IMG/VR virus record: IMGVR_UViG_3300029959_000812
Location: 1 to 64,000 of that record
Strand: one strand, 5' to 3'
DNA length: 64,000 nt
Origin: a virus
In this document: piece by piece, positions 8,091 to 17,145 of the stretch
Layout: every line of letters begins with the position of its first letter
Position numbering within the stretch: the first letter of the stretch is position 1
Notes under the pieces: model-generated
Databases searched by the model: none
What the model saw: the letters and a program-made list of their open reading frames with translations, nothing else
Told to the model about the DNA's origin: nothing
Program-made: the position numbers and the translations under genes

Positions 8091-9016
8091 GTTTTATGAC
8101 CTGGTTTCCAGGGTATGAGCCGGTCCATGTGGCTAAAGACGTTGGAATGATCCCCCGGCTATTAACCGAAAAATACGGGGTGTCGTCAAAAGTAGTGGAC
8201 GATTCAATTATAGAATTGGCTTTTCGTTTTCTTAGCGGCGAACGCTATGACGTGTTCCAGGTCTACCATTACACTTATCGGTCGCTGCTAGGCGGATTAT
8301 TATACCGTATTTTTAATCATAATGGCAAGCTATATATGAAGCTCGATACTGATTGTGTTGACACGGATAACCTGTTAAGCGTTTCCAGACTTTTATTTAA
8401 GTTGTCTCATTATAATATAGTGTCCGGTGAGCACGAATATATCAGGACGTTCAAAGGCCAGAACGTCTTATTTCTACCAGGATTCGTAGATGTTCCCGCG
8501 CTCGTATCTGTCAAGGAAGACTTGATCATCCATGCGGGCAGGCTTGGCATACCGGAAAAAGACAGCATCAGGGCTTTACAATTGTTCGATGGTCTACGTA
8601 AACGTTATCCGTCGTGGCGGCTGGTTTTGGCCGGATGCATGACCCCGGAATTTCGTAAGCACCTAGAATTATATTACCCGGATAGTATGGGCGGAAGCCT
8701 TTACGTATTAGGGACGATGGGCCGGGAATACCTGTTTGAGTGGATGGCCCGGTCGAAGATCGTGTTGTCTACTAACCGGTCGGAGAGCTTTGGCTATGCG
8801 GTCGTTGAGGCTATGAGTCTTGGTTGTGTCCCGGTGACTACAGATCTGCCTGCGTACCGTGAGCATACTGATAATGGTCGTTATGGGTTTTTGGATTTGG
8901 ACCTTGAAAAAGCTATAAACATGGACTTGTCGGCTATGGCGGTCGATGGCAGCCGGTATGTTCGTGGACGGTATAGCCCCAATAACATTGAGAGATTGTG
9001 GGAGTTGATACGATGA
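8078..9016 (+). CDS. Glycosyltransferase (GT-B, GT1/GT4-like)
   Basis: E-x7-E motif ESFGYAVVEAMSLGCVPVTTD. Confidence 0.8.
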   Translation: MQQISFMTWFPGYEPVHVAKDVGMIPRLLTEKYGVSSKVVDDSIIELAFRFLSGERYDVFQVYHYTYRSLLGGLLYRIFNHNGKLYMKLDTDCVDTDNLLSVSRLLFKLSHYNIVSGEHEYIRTFKGQNVLFLPGFVDVPALVSVKEDLIIHAGRLGIPEKDSIRALQLFDGLRKRYPSWRLVLAGCMTPEFRKHLELYYPDSMGGSLYVLGTMGREYLFEWMARSKIVLSTNRSESFGYAVVEAMSLGCVPVTTDLPAYREHTDNGRYGFLDLDLEKAINMDLSAMAVDGSRYVRGRYSPNNIERLWELIR

Positions 9017-10272
9017 CCCGCGTATTGCTCGTTAACCCCTCTGGCACGGAGCAGGACGGATTTACCAACCCGCCATTGAACCTCTTGTATCTTGCAGGAA
9101 CGCTGTTAAAACACGGGATAGAAGTCCGGGTATTAGATGCTTGTATTGACAAAGCCGACAGCGTAGAACGCATTATACGAAGCTGGAAACCGGCTATTAT
9201 AGGCGTTTCTTGTCTCACGCCGAGGCGTCACTATGCCTACGATGTGTGCAGACTCGCAAAAAAAATAGATCCTAAAATACGGACAGTGATCGGCGGAGCA
9301 CACGCCACAATCATGCACCAACAAATAGCGGAAAACTACCCGTTTATCGATCATATCGTCAGGGGCGAAGGCGAAAACATCTTTCTTGATATCGCAACTG
9401 GAAAAGAAACCCGGCGTGTACCGCCAATGCAATACGTTGACGACCTCGACGAGATACCGTTTCCAGCGTGGCATCTCATAGACCTTTCAAAGTATCCGGC
9501 AATAGGCAACGGCGTATATAACGGAGTGGACTTATCAAAGCATCCGCGTATTAGCGTTATTTTTTCGCGGGGCTGTGTCGGACGGTGTTCATTCTGTTCT
9601 ACCTGGTGGGTATGGCGTGGTTACCGGCACAGGTCTGCTGTGAATATGGCTGACGAGATGCAACAGTTGTACGATATAGGAGTTAGACATTTTGCGTTTG
9701 CTGATGATTCGCTCACAGTAGATAAACAGGCTACGATGGAGTTATGCGGCGAAATAATACGCCGTGGCTTAAAGATCGCTTTTCATGTGACTACGAGGAC
9801 GGACGCGGTAGACTTAGAATTACTCTTGAAACTCAAACGTGCCGGTTGCTACGAGATAGCGTATGGCATAGAGACCGGTTCGCAAAACCTGTTAGCAGCT
9901 ATGGGAAAAGAAAACGATATCAACACAAACCTAAAGGCTATTTGGCTTACCAGACAGGCGGGTATACAGTCAACTGCGCTGCTCATCGTGGGTGGCATGG
10001 GCGAAACCTGGGATACGATAAGAGAAACTAGACAGTTCATAAAACAGGCACGGCCAGATAGTATAGGTGCTGTAGGCGGATTATGGGTGCTACCAGGCAC
10101 AGAGGTATACCGGCAATGCAAAACTAAAGGATTTATATCAGACGATTATTGGCTTGGTGAACAGCCTTTTATGGTTTACACATTTGAGCACTCGATAAAA
10201 GAGATCAATCGTATGCTGCAATACGTGAACAGAAAAAGCCCTGTAGAACGGATATTAAAATATTTTGTTTAA
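8998..10272 (+). CDS. B12-binding radical SAM enzyme
   Basis: N-terminal B12-binding-like fold (VLLVNP…IIGVSCLT…) and the CxxxCxxC cluster SRGCVGRCSFCSTWW. Confidence 0.9.
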   Translation: MGVDTMTRVLLVNPSGTEQDGFTNPPLNLLYLAGTLLKHGIEVRVLDACIDKADSVERIIRSWKPAIIGVSCLTPRRHYAYDVCRLAKKIDPKIRTVIGGAHATIMHQQIAENYPFIDHIVRGEGENIFLDIATGKETRRVPPMQYVDDLDEIPFPAWHLIDLSKYPAIGNGVYNGVDLSKHPRISVIFSRGCVGRCSFCSTWWVWRGYRHRSAVNMADEMQQLYDIGVRHFAFADDSLTVDKQATMELCGEIIRRGLKIAFHVTTRTDAVDLELLLKLKRAGCYEIAYGIETGSQNLLAAMGKENDINTNLKAIWLTRQAGIQSTALLIVGGMGETWDTIRETRQFIKQARPDSIGAVGGLWVLPGTEVYRQCKTKGFISDDYWLGEQPFMVYTFEHSIKEINRMLQYVNRKSPVERILKYFV

Positions 10273-10280
10273 GGTTTAAG

Positions 10281-10919
10281 GTGATAAAAATGATTACTGA
10301 CCAGTTTGACAAGTATCACGAATGGTATTACCAAAACGTGACTGAAAAAGTAAAATATTTGGGGATACAGACACTAAAAAACGTGTCCGACCTCTGGAAC
10401 TACCAGGAGATACTACACCAGCTAAAACCCGCAGTCATAATCGAGTTTGGCTCTTACCAGGGCGGAAGCATTCTGTATCTTAAGGACATGGCAAAACAAT
10501 CATATGCGCTTACCGTGGACATAAACCATGTTCCAGACCGGAACAAACGCGAAGACATAGAATACATGGTAGCCGATAGCACCAGTAACAAAGTAACTAA
10601 CAAGATCTATGATATCCGTAAAAACCATCCTGGCACAGCATTCTTTATTCTTGATAGCTGCCACGAAAAACGGCATGTACTCAACGAACTGATCGGCATA
10701 CGCCAAGTAACAAAACCCGGCGATTACATAATCGTAGAAGACACCAACATAAACGGGCACCCGGTCAATCTGGCACACGGACCAGGGCCCTACGAGGCAT
10801 TACAAGAGTACATGTTAATGTACCCCGGCGATTACCACAGGGACATTGACCGAGAACAAAAATTCGGATTCACATTCGCAGCATACCTGATCAGACTATC
10901 CGAGGGCACCAATGGATAA
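10281..10919 (+). CDS. CmcI/cephalosporin-hydroxylase-family methyltransferase (sugar O-methyltransferase-like)
   Basis: KPAVIIEFGSYQGGS…ILDSCHEKRHVLNEL…GDYIIVEDTNINGHPV…GPGPYEAL matches my memory of the CmcI family. Confidence 0.75.
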   Translation: MIKMITDQFDKYHEWYYQNVTEKVKYLGIQTLKNVSDLWNYQEILHQLKPAVIIEFGSYQGGSILYLKDMAKQSYALTVDINHVPDRNKREDIEYMVADSTSNKVTNKIYDIRKNHPGTAFFILDSCHEKRHVLNELIGIRQVTKPGDYIIVEDTNINGHPVNLAHGPGPYEALQEYMLMYPGDYHRDIDREQKFGFTFAAYLIRLSEGTNG

Positions 10920-11007
10920 GATCGTAGTAAACGAACGCGACCTGATAATCGGCTTTATCATGGGCTATCTGGTCGCAGTATTTGCATATTATCTAAACGG
11001 ATATTAG
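10912..11007 (+). CDS. 31-aa single-TM mini-protein (paralog of 11488..11586)
   Basis: Manually translated MDKIVVNERDLIIGFIMGYLVAVFAYYLNGY. Shares ERDLxIGFIxGxxVAxxAxxLNG with the second copy. Confidence 0.3.
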   Translation: MDKIVVNERDLIIGFIMGYLVAVFAYYLNGY

Positions 11008-11018
11008 GAGTAAAGTAT

Positions 11019-11186
11019 ATGGTTGATTGTAACACGCGGATAGGCGATTTGTCGCCAATAGGCATAATGGAATTGCTAATAAAGTCTGGCTATGATCCTA
11101 ACATGATCTTAGGATTTTATGAGCAGGCTCTTAAGAACGTGATGGCGGAAGAGAAGGTTGTAAAGCATCTTAAATCATCCAGGTGA
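11019..11186 (+). CDS. Hypothetical 55-aa protein ending in TGA, in frame with the next ORF
   Basis: Manually translated (MVDCNTRIGDLSPIGIMELL…). Confidence 0.4.
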   Translation: MVDCNTRIGDLSPIGIMELLIKSGYDPNMILGFYEQALKNVMAEEKVVKHLKSSR

Positions 11187-11273
11187 AAGGTTACGAAGAT
11201 AACAATAAAACATTTTAAAACATTTTTTAAAATAATAGCGGTTTATAATATCTGGTGCGGATTAGCTTGTCTT

Positions 11274-11465
11274 GTGTTTTTAATTGCATTTCCATTAATA
11301 GCTAAACAGGATCTAAGTGAATTCGGAATGCTCGGAGAATTATATAAATTAATTGCTAATATGCTTTTGATTAATTATCCGTTATCTTGTATTTGTTTGG
11401 GATGGGTAACTTACAAAAATTTGTTATCAGGAATTACGGGGTTAATGTCTATTAAAGCAATTTAG
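11274..11465 (+). CDS. Membrane protein; true N-terminus unclear (frame is open from 11187)
   Basis: The ORF track's GTG start falls inside a predicted TM helix. The frame is open back to the TGA at 11184-11186. Confidence 0.4.
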   Translation: MFLIAFPLIAKQDLSEFGMLGELYKLIANMLLINYPLSCICLGWVTYKNLLSGITGLMSIKAI

Positions 11466-11487
11466 TTAAAATATTAGAGGTGAAAAG

Positions 11488-11586
11488 ATGGGGAAAATAA
11501 CTGTGAGCGAGCGCGATTTGATGATTGGCTTTATATTAGGGTTTGCTGTCGCGTTTTTAGCATTTTCTTTAAATGGGTGTTGGTGA
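11488..11586 (+). CDS. 32-aa single-TM mini-protein (paralog of 10912..11007)
   Basis: MGKITVSERDLMIGFILGFAVAFLAFSLNGCW. AGAGGTGA SD lies upstream. Confidence 0.35.
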   Translation: MGKITVSERDLMIGFILGFAVAFLAFSLNGCW

Positions 11587-11748
11587 TCTTATGGAAAGTC
11601 TTGAAATGACATTGGTATTAATTTTGGTCGGATTAATAATATCGTGTTCGTCTATGTTTTGGGTTTTGGAAAATCTTGATTAAGCGTTGGAAGTGGTATT
11701 ATATTTGATAAGCTTAAGGAATTTGATGGCAAATATTTAGTTTATTAT

Positions 11749-13137
11749 TTGGCGGCGGCTTCGTTTCTTTTTACAATTTTATTGATGTATCGAAGTCCGA
11801 TAACCGGGGATACTGCGGGAGTCGGTATTAGTGCGTTGGCATTGAGTGTTGACCCGTTTTTACATAATCTTTGTTATCCGATCACCGACCCGTATATTTT
11901 AGATTTGTCTATCGGGATTCCTTTGCAGCTCATCAGCGGTTTTAACCCATTGGTTTTAAAGCTCACCGGTTATTTGTTTTTCCTGTTCCTCATCATTGTA
12001 CTCTCATATCTCGTATATTGGGCCACGAATGATAAGCTTAAATCAGTTGTTTTACCGGTATTAGTTGTCTGTCTTGGGGCGCACACTCAAATCTTTTTAA
12101 TGTTGCCTTTATTCCACTTTTTGACGATTAGCATAAGCTTATTGTATTTGGCGTACTTCTATGATCTAAACAGGCCGTTTAAAAGCATATTTTTGCCATT
12201 GTTGTTTAGTTTTGTCGTAGCTTATAGCGACCTTGTATTCTTAGCGTTTTTCTTGATCCCATATACCGTTTGGATAGTATATACCTGGAAAACCAGAAAC
12301 AATAATGCTAAACCTATAATGGTGCTTGCAGGATTTTATTTTTTGGCAGCCTTATCGTATGTGGTAAAGCTTGTAATCGGCGGCTATTCGTTAAAAAGCA
12401 ATGTTTTAAACCCGATATCAACATATCCTGATAATATTCAAAACATTTTGGGAAACCTACTAGGCAATCTGATAATGCTGTATAGTGCAAGGCCAAATAT
12501 TATCAGCGGCATTTTATTTGTAGTTTGGGCGCTTGCCGTTATTTATCTATTGTCAAGGCTTGATTACAAGATATTCAAGAATGGCAAGCCTAATTATATC
12601 GTTGTGTCTATGCTTGTCGTGTGCTTTTGCGTTGTAGCCGGGTTTTTGGTATTTGAGACTTTGACCTATGGGCGATTCATTATTTTTATAACGATCTCGC
12701 TCCTGGTACTCGCCTGCATAGCGTTTCCAAAAATAGATTTAAAGATACGCGGGGCATTAATATTGATATTATCAGTATCGTTGATCTTTAATATCGGATA
12801 TATGATAAACGTCGAAGACATAAACAAACATCATTACGAGCTTATAAATGTATTAAAAGAAAACAACTTATCATATGGATTTGCCGACTTCGAGGATGCG
12901 GGACCAATAACATATCTGTCATCAGGCAAGATCATAGTTGTTAATTGTAATAACAAGCCAGATACAGTCGAAAGGCTTCCGTGGCTCACAGAAAATAAAT
13001 GGTATCGGGCTAATGCAAGCGGGTTTATTTTGCAATACAAAAACGATAGTCAACCGTTTTTTGAGTTGTATCGGCCAACAAATACTATATCTGTTGGCGA
13101 ATACCAGATACAAGTGTATGATAATTTGCCGATATAA
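11749..13137 (+). CDS. Polytopic membrane protein (>=10 TM) with a C-terminal soluble domain; possible GT-C-type glycosyl/oligosaccharyl transferase or polymerase
   Basis: 462-aa ORF with a non-ATG start and a hydrophobic profile, located at the end of the glycan-modification operon. The function is inferred from context only. Confidence 0.6.
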   Translation: MAAASFLFTILLMYRSPITGDTAGVGISALALSVDPFLHNLCYPITDPYILDLSIGIPLQLISGFNPLVLKLTGYLFFLFLIIVLSYLVYWATNDKLKSVVLPVLVVCLGAHTQIFLMLPLFHFLTISISLLYLAYFYDLNRPFKSIFLPLLFSFVVAYSDLVFLAFFLIPYTVWIVYTWKTRNNNAKPIMVLAGFYFLAALSYVVKLVIGGYSLKSNVLNPISTYPDNIQNILGNLLGNLIMLYSARPNIISGILFVVWALAVIYLLSRLDYKIFKNGKPNYIVVSMLVVCFCVVAGFLVFETLTYGRFIIFITISLLVLACIAFPKIDLKIRGALILILSVSLIFNIGYMINVEDINKHHYELINVLKENNLSYGFADFEDAGPITYLSSGKIIVVNCNNKPDTVERLPWLTENKWYRANASGFILQYKNDSQPFFELYRPTNTISVGEYQIQVYDNLPI

Positions 13138-13142
13138 CTTTT

Positions 13143-13427
13143 TTAGAATAATCCTTTAAGTCGTTTTAATGCGCTCGACACATTGCCGTTTTTAGTTCTT
13201 CCGCGCCCACTTTTAGCTTTGTGATTTTTAGCGCCAAGGTGGAACTTAGATTTTGGTTTGCCAGCATACTTTTTTCGCTGTGCTTGTAACATGGCCCGCT
13301 CGCCTTCGCGCATAGTTAGGCCGTGTTCCTTTACTTCCCATCCCCACGATTCTTTTGATTCGTGCCGGAGATCCGCAGCGGTTAAACGGCCTGACTTTTC
13401 ACGCTCCCAATGTGAATCCCGCTTCAT
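13143..13427 (-). CDS. Highly basic 94-aa protein
   Basis: ORF track. Lys/Arg-rich C-terminal half (KKYAGKPKSKFHLGAKNHKAKSGRGRTKNG). Confidence 0.5.
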   Translation of the reverse strand: MKRDSHWEREKSGRLTAADLRHESKESWGWEVKEHGLTMREGERAMLQAQRKKYAGKPKSKFHLGAKNHKAKSGRGRTKNGNVSSALKRLKGLF

Positions 13428-13454
13428 AAAAGGTTACTATCTAACCTATTGTAT

Positions 13455-13634
13455 TTAAGAGTATTGTAATCCTTCAGGCGATGTTAGCCCGATCATCAAA
13501 GTCCAGAATATCCACAATGAGATTACTACTGGAAAGGCAGATTGTCCCATTATTCCGCTGATACCTGCTAAAACAAATATTGCTATGGATCCTAAAGTTG
13601 TTAATATAATACATTGAATATCGCTATTACTCAT
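13455..13634 (-). CDS. 59-aa two-TM membrane protein
   Basis: Manually translated (MSNSDIQCIILTTLGSIAIFVLAGISGIMG…). Lies downstream of conserved 47-nt element copy A. Confidence 0.45.
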   Translation of the reverse strand: MSNSDIQCIILTTLGSIAIFVLAGISGIMGQSAFPVVISLWIFWTLMIGLTSPEGLQYS

Positions 13635-13742
13635 GACTTAAGACCCCAAATAGTTCTAAATCTCGTTTTGGCCTACAATCAATTTTCTCTTAATGTCTAA
13701 TAGTACTCCTATTGTCAACTTACATGTAGCGCCACCTGCCCC

Positions 13743-13789
13743 CTGGATGAGTTGATTTGGAAATTACACTTTATTCATTTAAGCGGGCA
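13743..13789 (-). promoter_or_regulatory. Conserved 47-nt element, copy A (promoter-like; TTTAAATGAATAAAG on the minus strand)
   Basis: Near-identical to 39971..40017 and related to 39480..39526. Flanked by an 11-bp inverted repeat, GCCACCTGCCC (13731-13741) / GGGCAGGTGGC (13785-13795). Confidence 0.5.
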
Positions 13790-13823
13790 GGTGGCAAACT
13801 TACTTTACTTACCTTTATTATAT

Positions 13824-14810
13824 CTATACGTTATTTGTTTTTCTAATTTCTCCAACATACTGCTTACTAGTTCCTAAATCTCTTGCTATCTGTGCGTTAT
13901 ACACCTTTTCGCCTCTCTCTTTATACTCCATTACTTTATCTATGATTCTATGTTCAAGAGTACCGGAGGTAGTATAGGTATTTTGTTCTTTAGCAGACTC
14001 GTCGTCCATACGTCTAAGTTTCTCTGCCTCATCATCTCTAAGCGTGTCAACATACGCCCCCAGGTCGTTAGAAGGTGGGAAGCACAGTATATTACTTAGC
14101 ACTATGTGATTGTTGTTTTCTATAAGTTTAATACGCGGATACTTGATCTCATCAGTAATCCCGTCCTTATATACTCCGCGCAGGTCGCCGATTCTCACGC
14201 CTTTGTTATCACCAAATAAGTTATCGTATCTGGTGTCGTCTTTCATCTTGATAACATAGTTAAAGTTCCTGCGTTCTCTGATGTCAATAAGGCTACCTTC
14301 AACAGTAGTACCTATAATGACAGCTCTTAGATTACGTATTGTGATCCAGACATGACTTGTCTTAATATTCTTCTTTGTCTGATGCTCTCTCGCATCAGAT
14401 GAAATACTCATATCGTCAAGCAAGACAACGCAGCTTTTAGGACGTTTAGCATTAAGACACTTCAAAGTCTTTTCAGAACTAATAGAAGCAATATCACGCT
14501 CCCAATCAAAAATATCATATAGGCTTCTGGTGCGCTGCGCTTCGTGTATCGCATACATTACGCCTTCTGCAAGTCCTGTCGCCGCCTTTGTTTTACCATG
14601 TCCCTTATTACCTACAAAGAGGACAGCAGCATCTTTATTTTTCAATCCGGTAACTCTTTCGGCAAGATGTTTAGCAAGATTAAAAGGGGTAGGGCATAAG
14701 TATTCTATATGAAAAAGGTCTTTTTCAAATACGCTTTCAGGTTCAGGGACGTATCCTGGCAGCGGGTTATATTGGATGTACTCAAAGGGAGATTCTTCAA
14801 TACTCATCAT
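13824..14810 (-). CDS. P-loop NTPase with a C-terminal HTH (candidate virion-assembly/packaging ATPase)
   Basis: Walker A GNKGHGKT, Walker B VVLLDDM, C-terminal ARDLGTSKQYVGEIRK. Confidence 0.7.
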   Translation of the reverse strand: MMSIEESPFEYIQYNPLPGYVPEPESVFEKDLFHIEYLCPTPFNLAKHLAERVTGLKNKDAAVLFVGNKGHGKTKAATGLAEGVMYAIHEAQRTRSLYDIFDWERDIASISSEKTLKCLNAKRPKSCVVLLDDMSISSDAREHQTKKNIKTSHVWITIRNLRAVIIGTTVEGSLIDIRERRNFNYVIKMKDDTRYDNLFGDNKGVRIGDLRGVYKDGITDEIKYPRIKLIENNNHIVLSNILCFPPSNDLGAYVDTLRDDEAEKLRRMDDESAKEQNTYTTSGTLEHRIIDKVMEYKERGEKVYNAQIARDLGTSKQYVGEIRKTNNV

Positions 14811-15262
14811 TACTGTTCAACCTCTTCAAGCTCCGGCTGTAAGCACTCTACCTTTACGCAAGGCGGTATCCATGTCACTGCTGTTTTACATAAAAACCCG
14901 TCGCCGCTTGTCTTTTTATTATATAGTTCGAGAGCTTCAAATGCAAGACGATCCCACATAATATTTCGTGCCGCCTCATCCCTGGTGAACTTTCCGCCTG
15001 TCGTATCAGTAGTCATCTCGTCCTGTGCTTCATCATAATATTTTTGCTTGTTCTTCTTGATGAAGATGTGGGCAGCTTTTCCGAGACAAGCGCCTATAAT
15101 ACTTCTTGCTTGCATTTCAAAAGCCGCATTATCAGCACTTTCCCCGGCAAGATTATTAGAAAGGTTTTGATACATCTGATAAATGGTCTGCGGCCACGTA
15201 GAGCCACTATTAGGAAGCCAGCCCGCGCCAGTAGAAAGGATACTTCTTTGCAAATCAACCAT
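14810..15262 (-). CDS. Hypothetical 150-aa protein
   Basis: ORF track. Stop/start coupling with the ATPase gene. Confidence 0.6.
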   Translation of the reverse strand: MVDLQRSILSTGAGWLPNSGSTWPQTIYQMYQNLSNNLAGESADNAAFEMQARSIIGACLGKAAHIFIKKNKQKYYDEAQDEMTTDTTGGKFTRDEAARNIMWDRLAFEALELYNKKTSGDGFLCKTAVTWIPPCVKVECLQPELEEVEQ

Positions 15263-15275
15263 AATATCACCAAAC

Positions 15276-15686
15276 CTATTTTAAAATACCGGAGAACAAT
15301 AACAGGCGGTCGTGTTCACTATAAAGTCTCAAAGCCTCTTGTTGTGCTTCGGCAACCTGATCTATACCTTTGCCGACTTTAAGATTCTCATATTTCAAAC
15401 CTATAAAAGTTTTAAGTTTAACGATATGCTCTTGAAGCTTCTCGTTTTCGGTCTTAGCTTTTTTATCCCCGTCAGCAACCGGTTTTTCTGTTTTCGGTAT
15501 TTTGATGTTAAGATAATTATCTGACAGTCCAGCAAGTTCGCTGCATTTCATCTGACATCTATGCATAAGGTCCGGGCTATAGGGGCTAAAAGCAAACTCG
15601 TTTGCCGCATCATTAAATTCTTTTAGTTTAAAATAGATGTCGTCAGCCCTGTTTGTAATGGGCTTTTCTAATTGTCCCTGAAACAA
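15276..15686 (-). CDS. Hypothetical coiled-coil protein
   Basis: ORF track. Charged heptad-like sequence. Confidence 0.6.
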   Translation of the reverse strand: MFQGQLEKPITNRADDIYFKLKEFNDAANEFAFSPYSPDLMHRCQMKCSELAGLSDNYLNIKIPKTEKPVADGDKKAKTENEKLQEHIVKLKTFIGLKYENLKVGKGIDQVAEAQQEALRLYSEHDRLLLFSGILK

Positions 15687-15689
15687 GGC

Positions 15690-15974
15690 TTACCACCTGG
15701 AACGTTTAGACTTGCCACCGCCAAGAGATAACAATTTAGAATAGTTGCCAACGGCGACAAAACCCGCTCCTGCAAATGCAAGGATACTAAAAATGCCGAG
15801 GAATCCGCCGACGCCCATACTAAGCGCATAAGTCATTTGCAAACCCGCTATTTTCATGCCATCGCCGCTCTGTTCTGCGGTGCTCATTGTGCCGACCCAT
15901 AAGATCGTTGCAATGCCAAACATCAAACCGAGTATGATATAAATTGCTATTCCGCCACTTTTATTTTTGGTCAT
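15690..15974 (-). CDS. Small hydrophobic protein (94 aa, two hydrophobic Gly/Ala-rich segments) with a basic C-tail; capsid/envelope candidate
   Basis: Hydrophobic helices, ending in GGGKSKRSRW. Confidence 0.6.
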   Translation of the reverse strand: MTKNKSGGIAIYIILGLMFGIATILWVGTMSTAEQSGDGMKIAGLQMTYALSMGVGGFLGIFSILAFAGAGFVAVGNYSKLLSLGGGKSKRSRW

Positions 15975-16085
15975 AATAAGCCACTGCCGATTTTTGCTTT
16001 TTATTACAAAATTATATATACTCTAACTGCATATTAATCTTTTGTAGCACTTGCGGTTATACTGCAAGCATGACCCGGTTTAGGA

Positions 16086-16358
16086 GTGATAAATATGGGT
16101 TTTACTAGTCACGCGATCATAGAAGGCATTGTCTGTATGATTATCTTAGCGTTCGGGTCGTTCCTTGCGAACATCTACTTTAACGCACTGCCGGTCAACA
16201 ACTCTTCGCCGTTCTATTATGTGACGGTTGTGAGCCAGTATTGGCCCTACTTCCTGATCATCAGCATCGTAGCTCTGATTGCCTACGTGTCCTGGCCGAC
16301 TATTGCCAGCTTCATGTCCCTTTCGGGCGGCGCTCCGGGCGGCAAGCGGGGCCGCTAA
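16086..16358 (+). CDS. Small two-helix hydrophobic protein with a basic C-tail (90 aa); capsid/envelope candidate
   Basis: Hydrophobic helices, ending in GGAPGGKRGR. Divergent from 15690..15974. Confidence 0.55.
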   Translation: MINMGFTSHAIIEGIVCMIILAFGSFLANIYFNALPVNNSSPFYYVTVVSQYWPYFLIISIVALIAYVSWPTIASFMSLSGGAPGGKRGR

Positions 16359-16490
16359 TTCCAATTTCTTTTTAGGAATTGGGTATTAGCGTGTCGCTGA
16401 TGAAATGTGGTTGAACGGCACAGCATTGCGGGACGTGCTCTAGCGCTTTTACGGGCGCAAGTCCCGCATTATAACTTTTATTTGATCGTC

Positions 16491-17009
16491 ATGTCTAAGA
16501 ATTTTAGTCCGGGCCCGCCTGGAGAGACTCCCGCAGAACGGTGGCGCAGGCGAGAGTCGGAGAACAAGCGCCAGAAAACAGAAAGAGAAAACAAAGTAGA
16601 AACTAAGGATAATCGTCGTCCGGCATCATCGTCTAATAGTGGCGGCGGGTTTTTCTATAAGCTTGGTCGTGCTGTTACTAATGCGCGTCATCCTGTTAAG
16701 GCTTTGAAACATAATTATCGTGAGGGTGAGCGCGAAGGCATGTCCGGTAAGAAGAAGTCTGTTTCTGTTGGCAAGCCCCAAAAATCTCATGGTGATAAGA
16801 AGAAGTCTAAGAACGGCAAGGGCACTGGCAGTGGTACTGTTGTACATGTCCATGTAAACGGGACTGGTGGCAATGGTGGCAGCAACAAGAAAAAGCGTCG
16901 TAGCGCTGGCGGTGGCGGTGGCGGTGGTTCGCGTAGTGATGGGCCGAATACCGACGATTTTATGAGCTATTTTGAAAACGGTCCTGATGTAGGGGATTTT
17001 AGATTTTAA
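16491..17009 (+). CDS. Lys/Gly/Ser-rich basic protein (DNA-condensing candidate); paralogs at 17146..17391 and 39568..39963
   Basis: ATG at 16491 within track ORF 16407..17009. Contains KKKSKNGKG…KKKRRSAGGGGGGGS and the shared motifs FYxLGRA, TVVxVH and YFE. Confidence 0.6.
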   Translation: MSKNFSPGPPGETPAERWRRRESENKRQKTERENKVETKDNRRPASSSNSGGGFFYKLGRAVTNARHPVKALKHNYREGEREGMSGKKKSVSVGKPQKSHGDKKKSKNGKGTGSGTVVHVHVNGTGGNGGSNKKKRRSAGGGGGGGSRSDGPNTDDFMSYFENGPDVGDFRF

Positions 17010-17145
17010 ATATTTTTTTACTAGAACAATAAACTTATATATGATATTTGTTATACTATTCATGTAGTAATAGATTACTCTCTTATGGATTAGGGGGGAA
17101 GCAGCGTTTTGAAGTTCGTACCTCAAAGACACCCTAGAAAATCTA

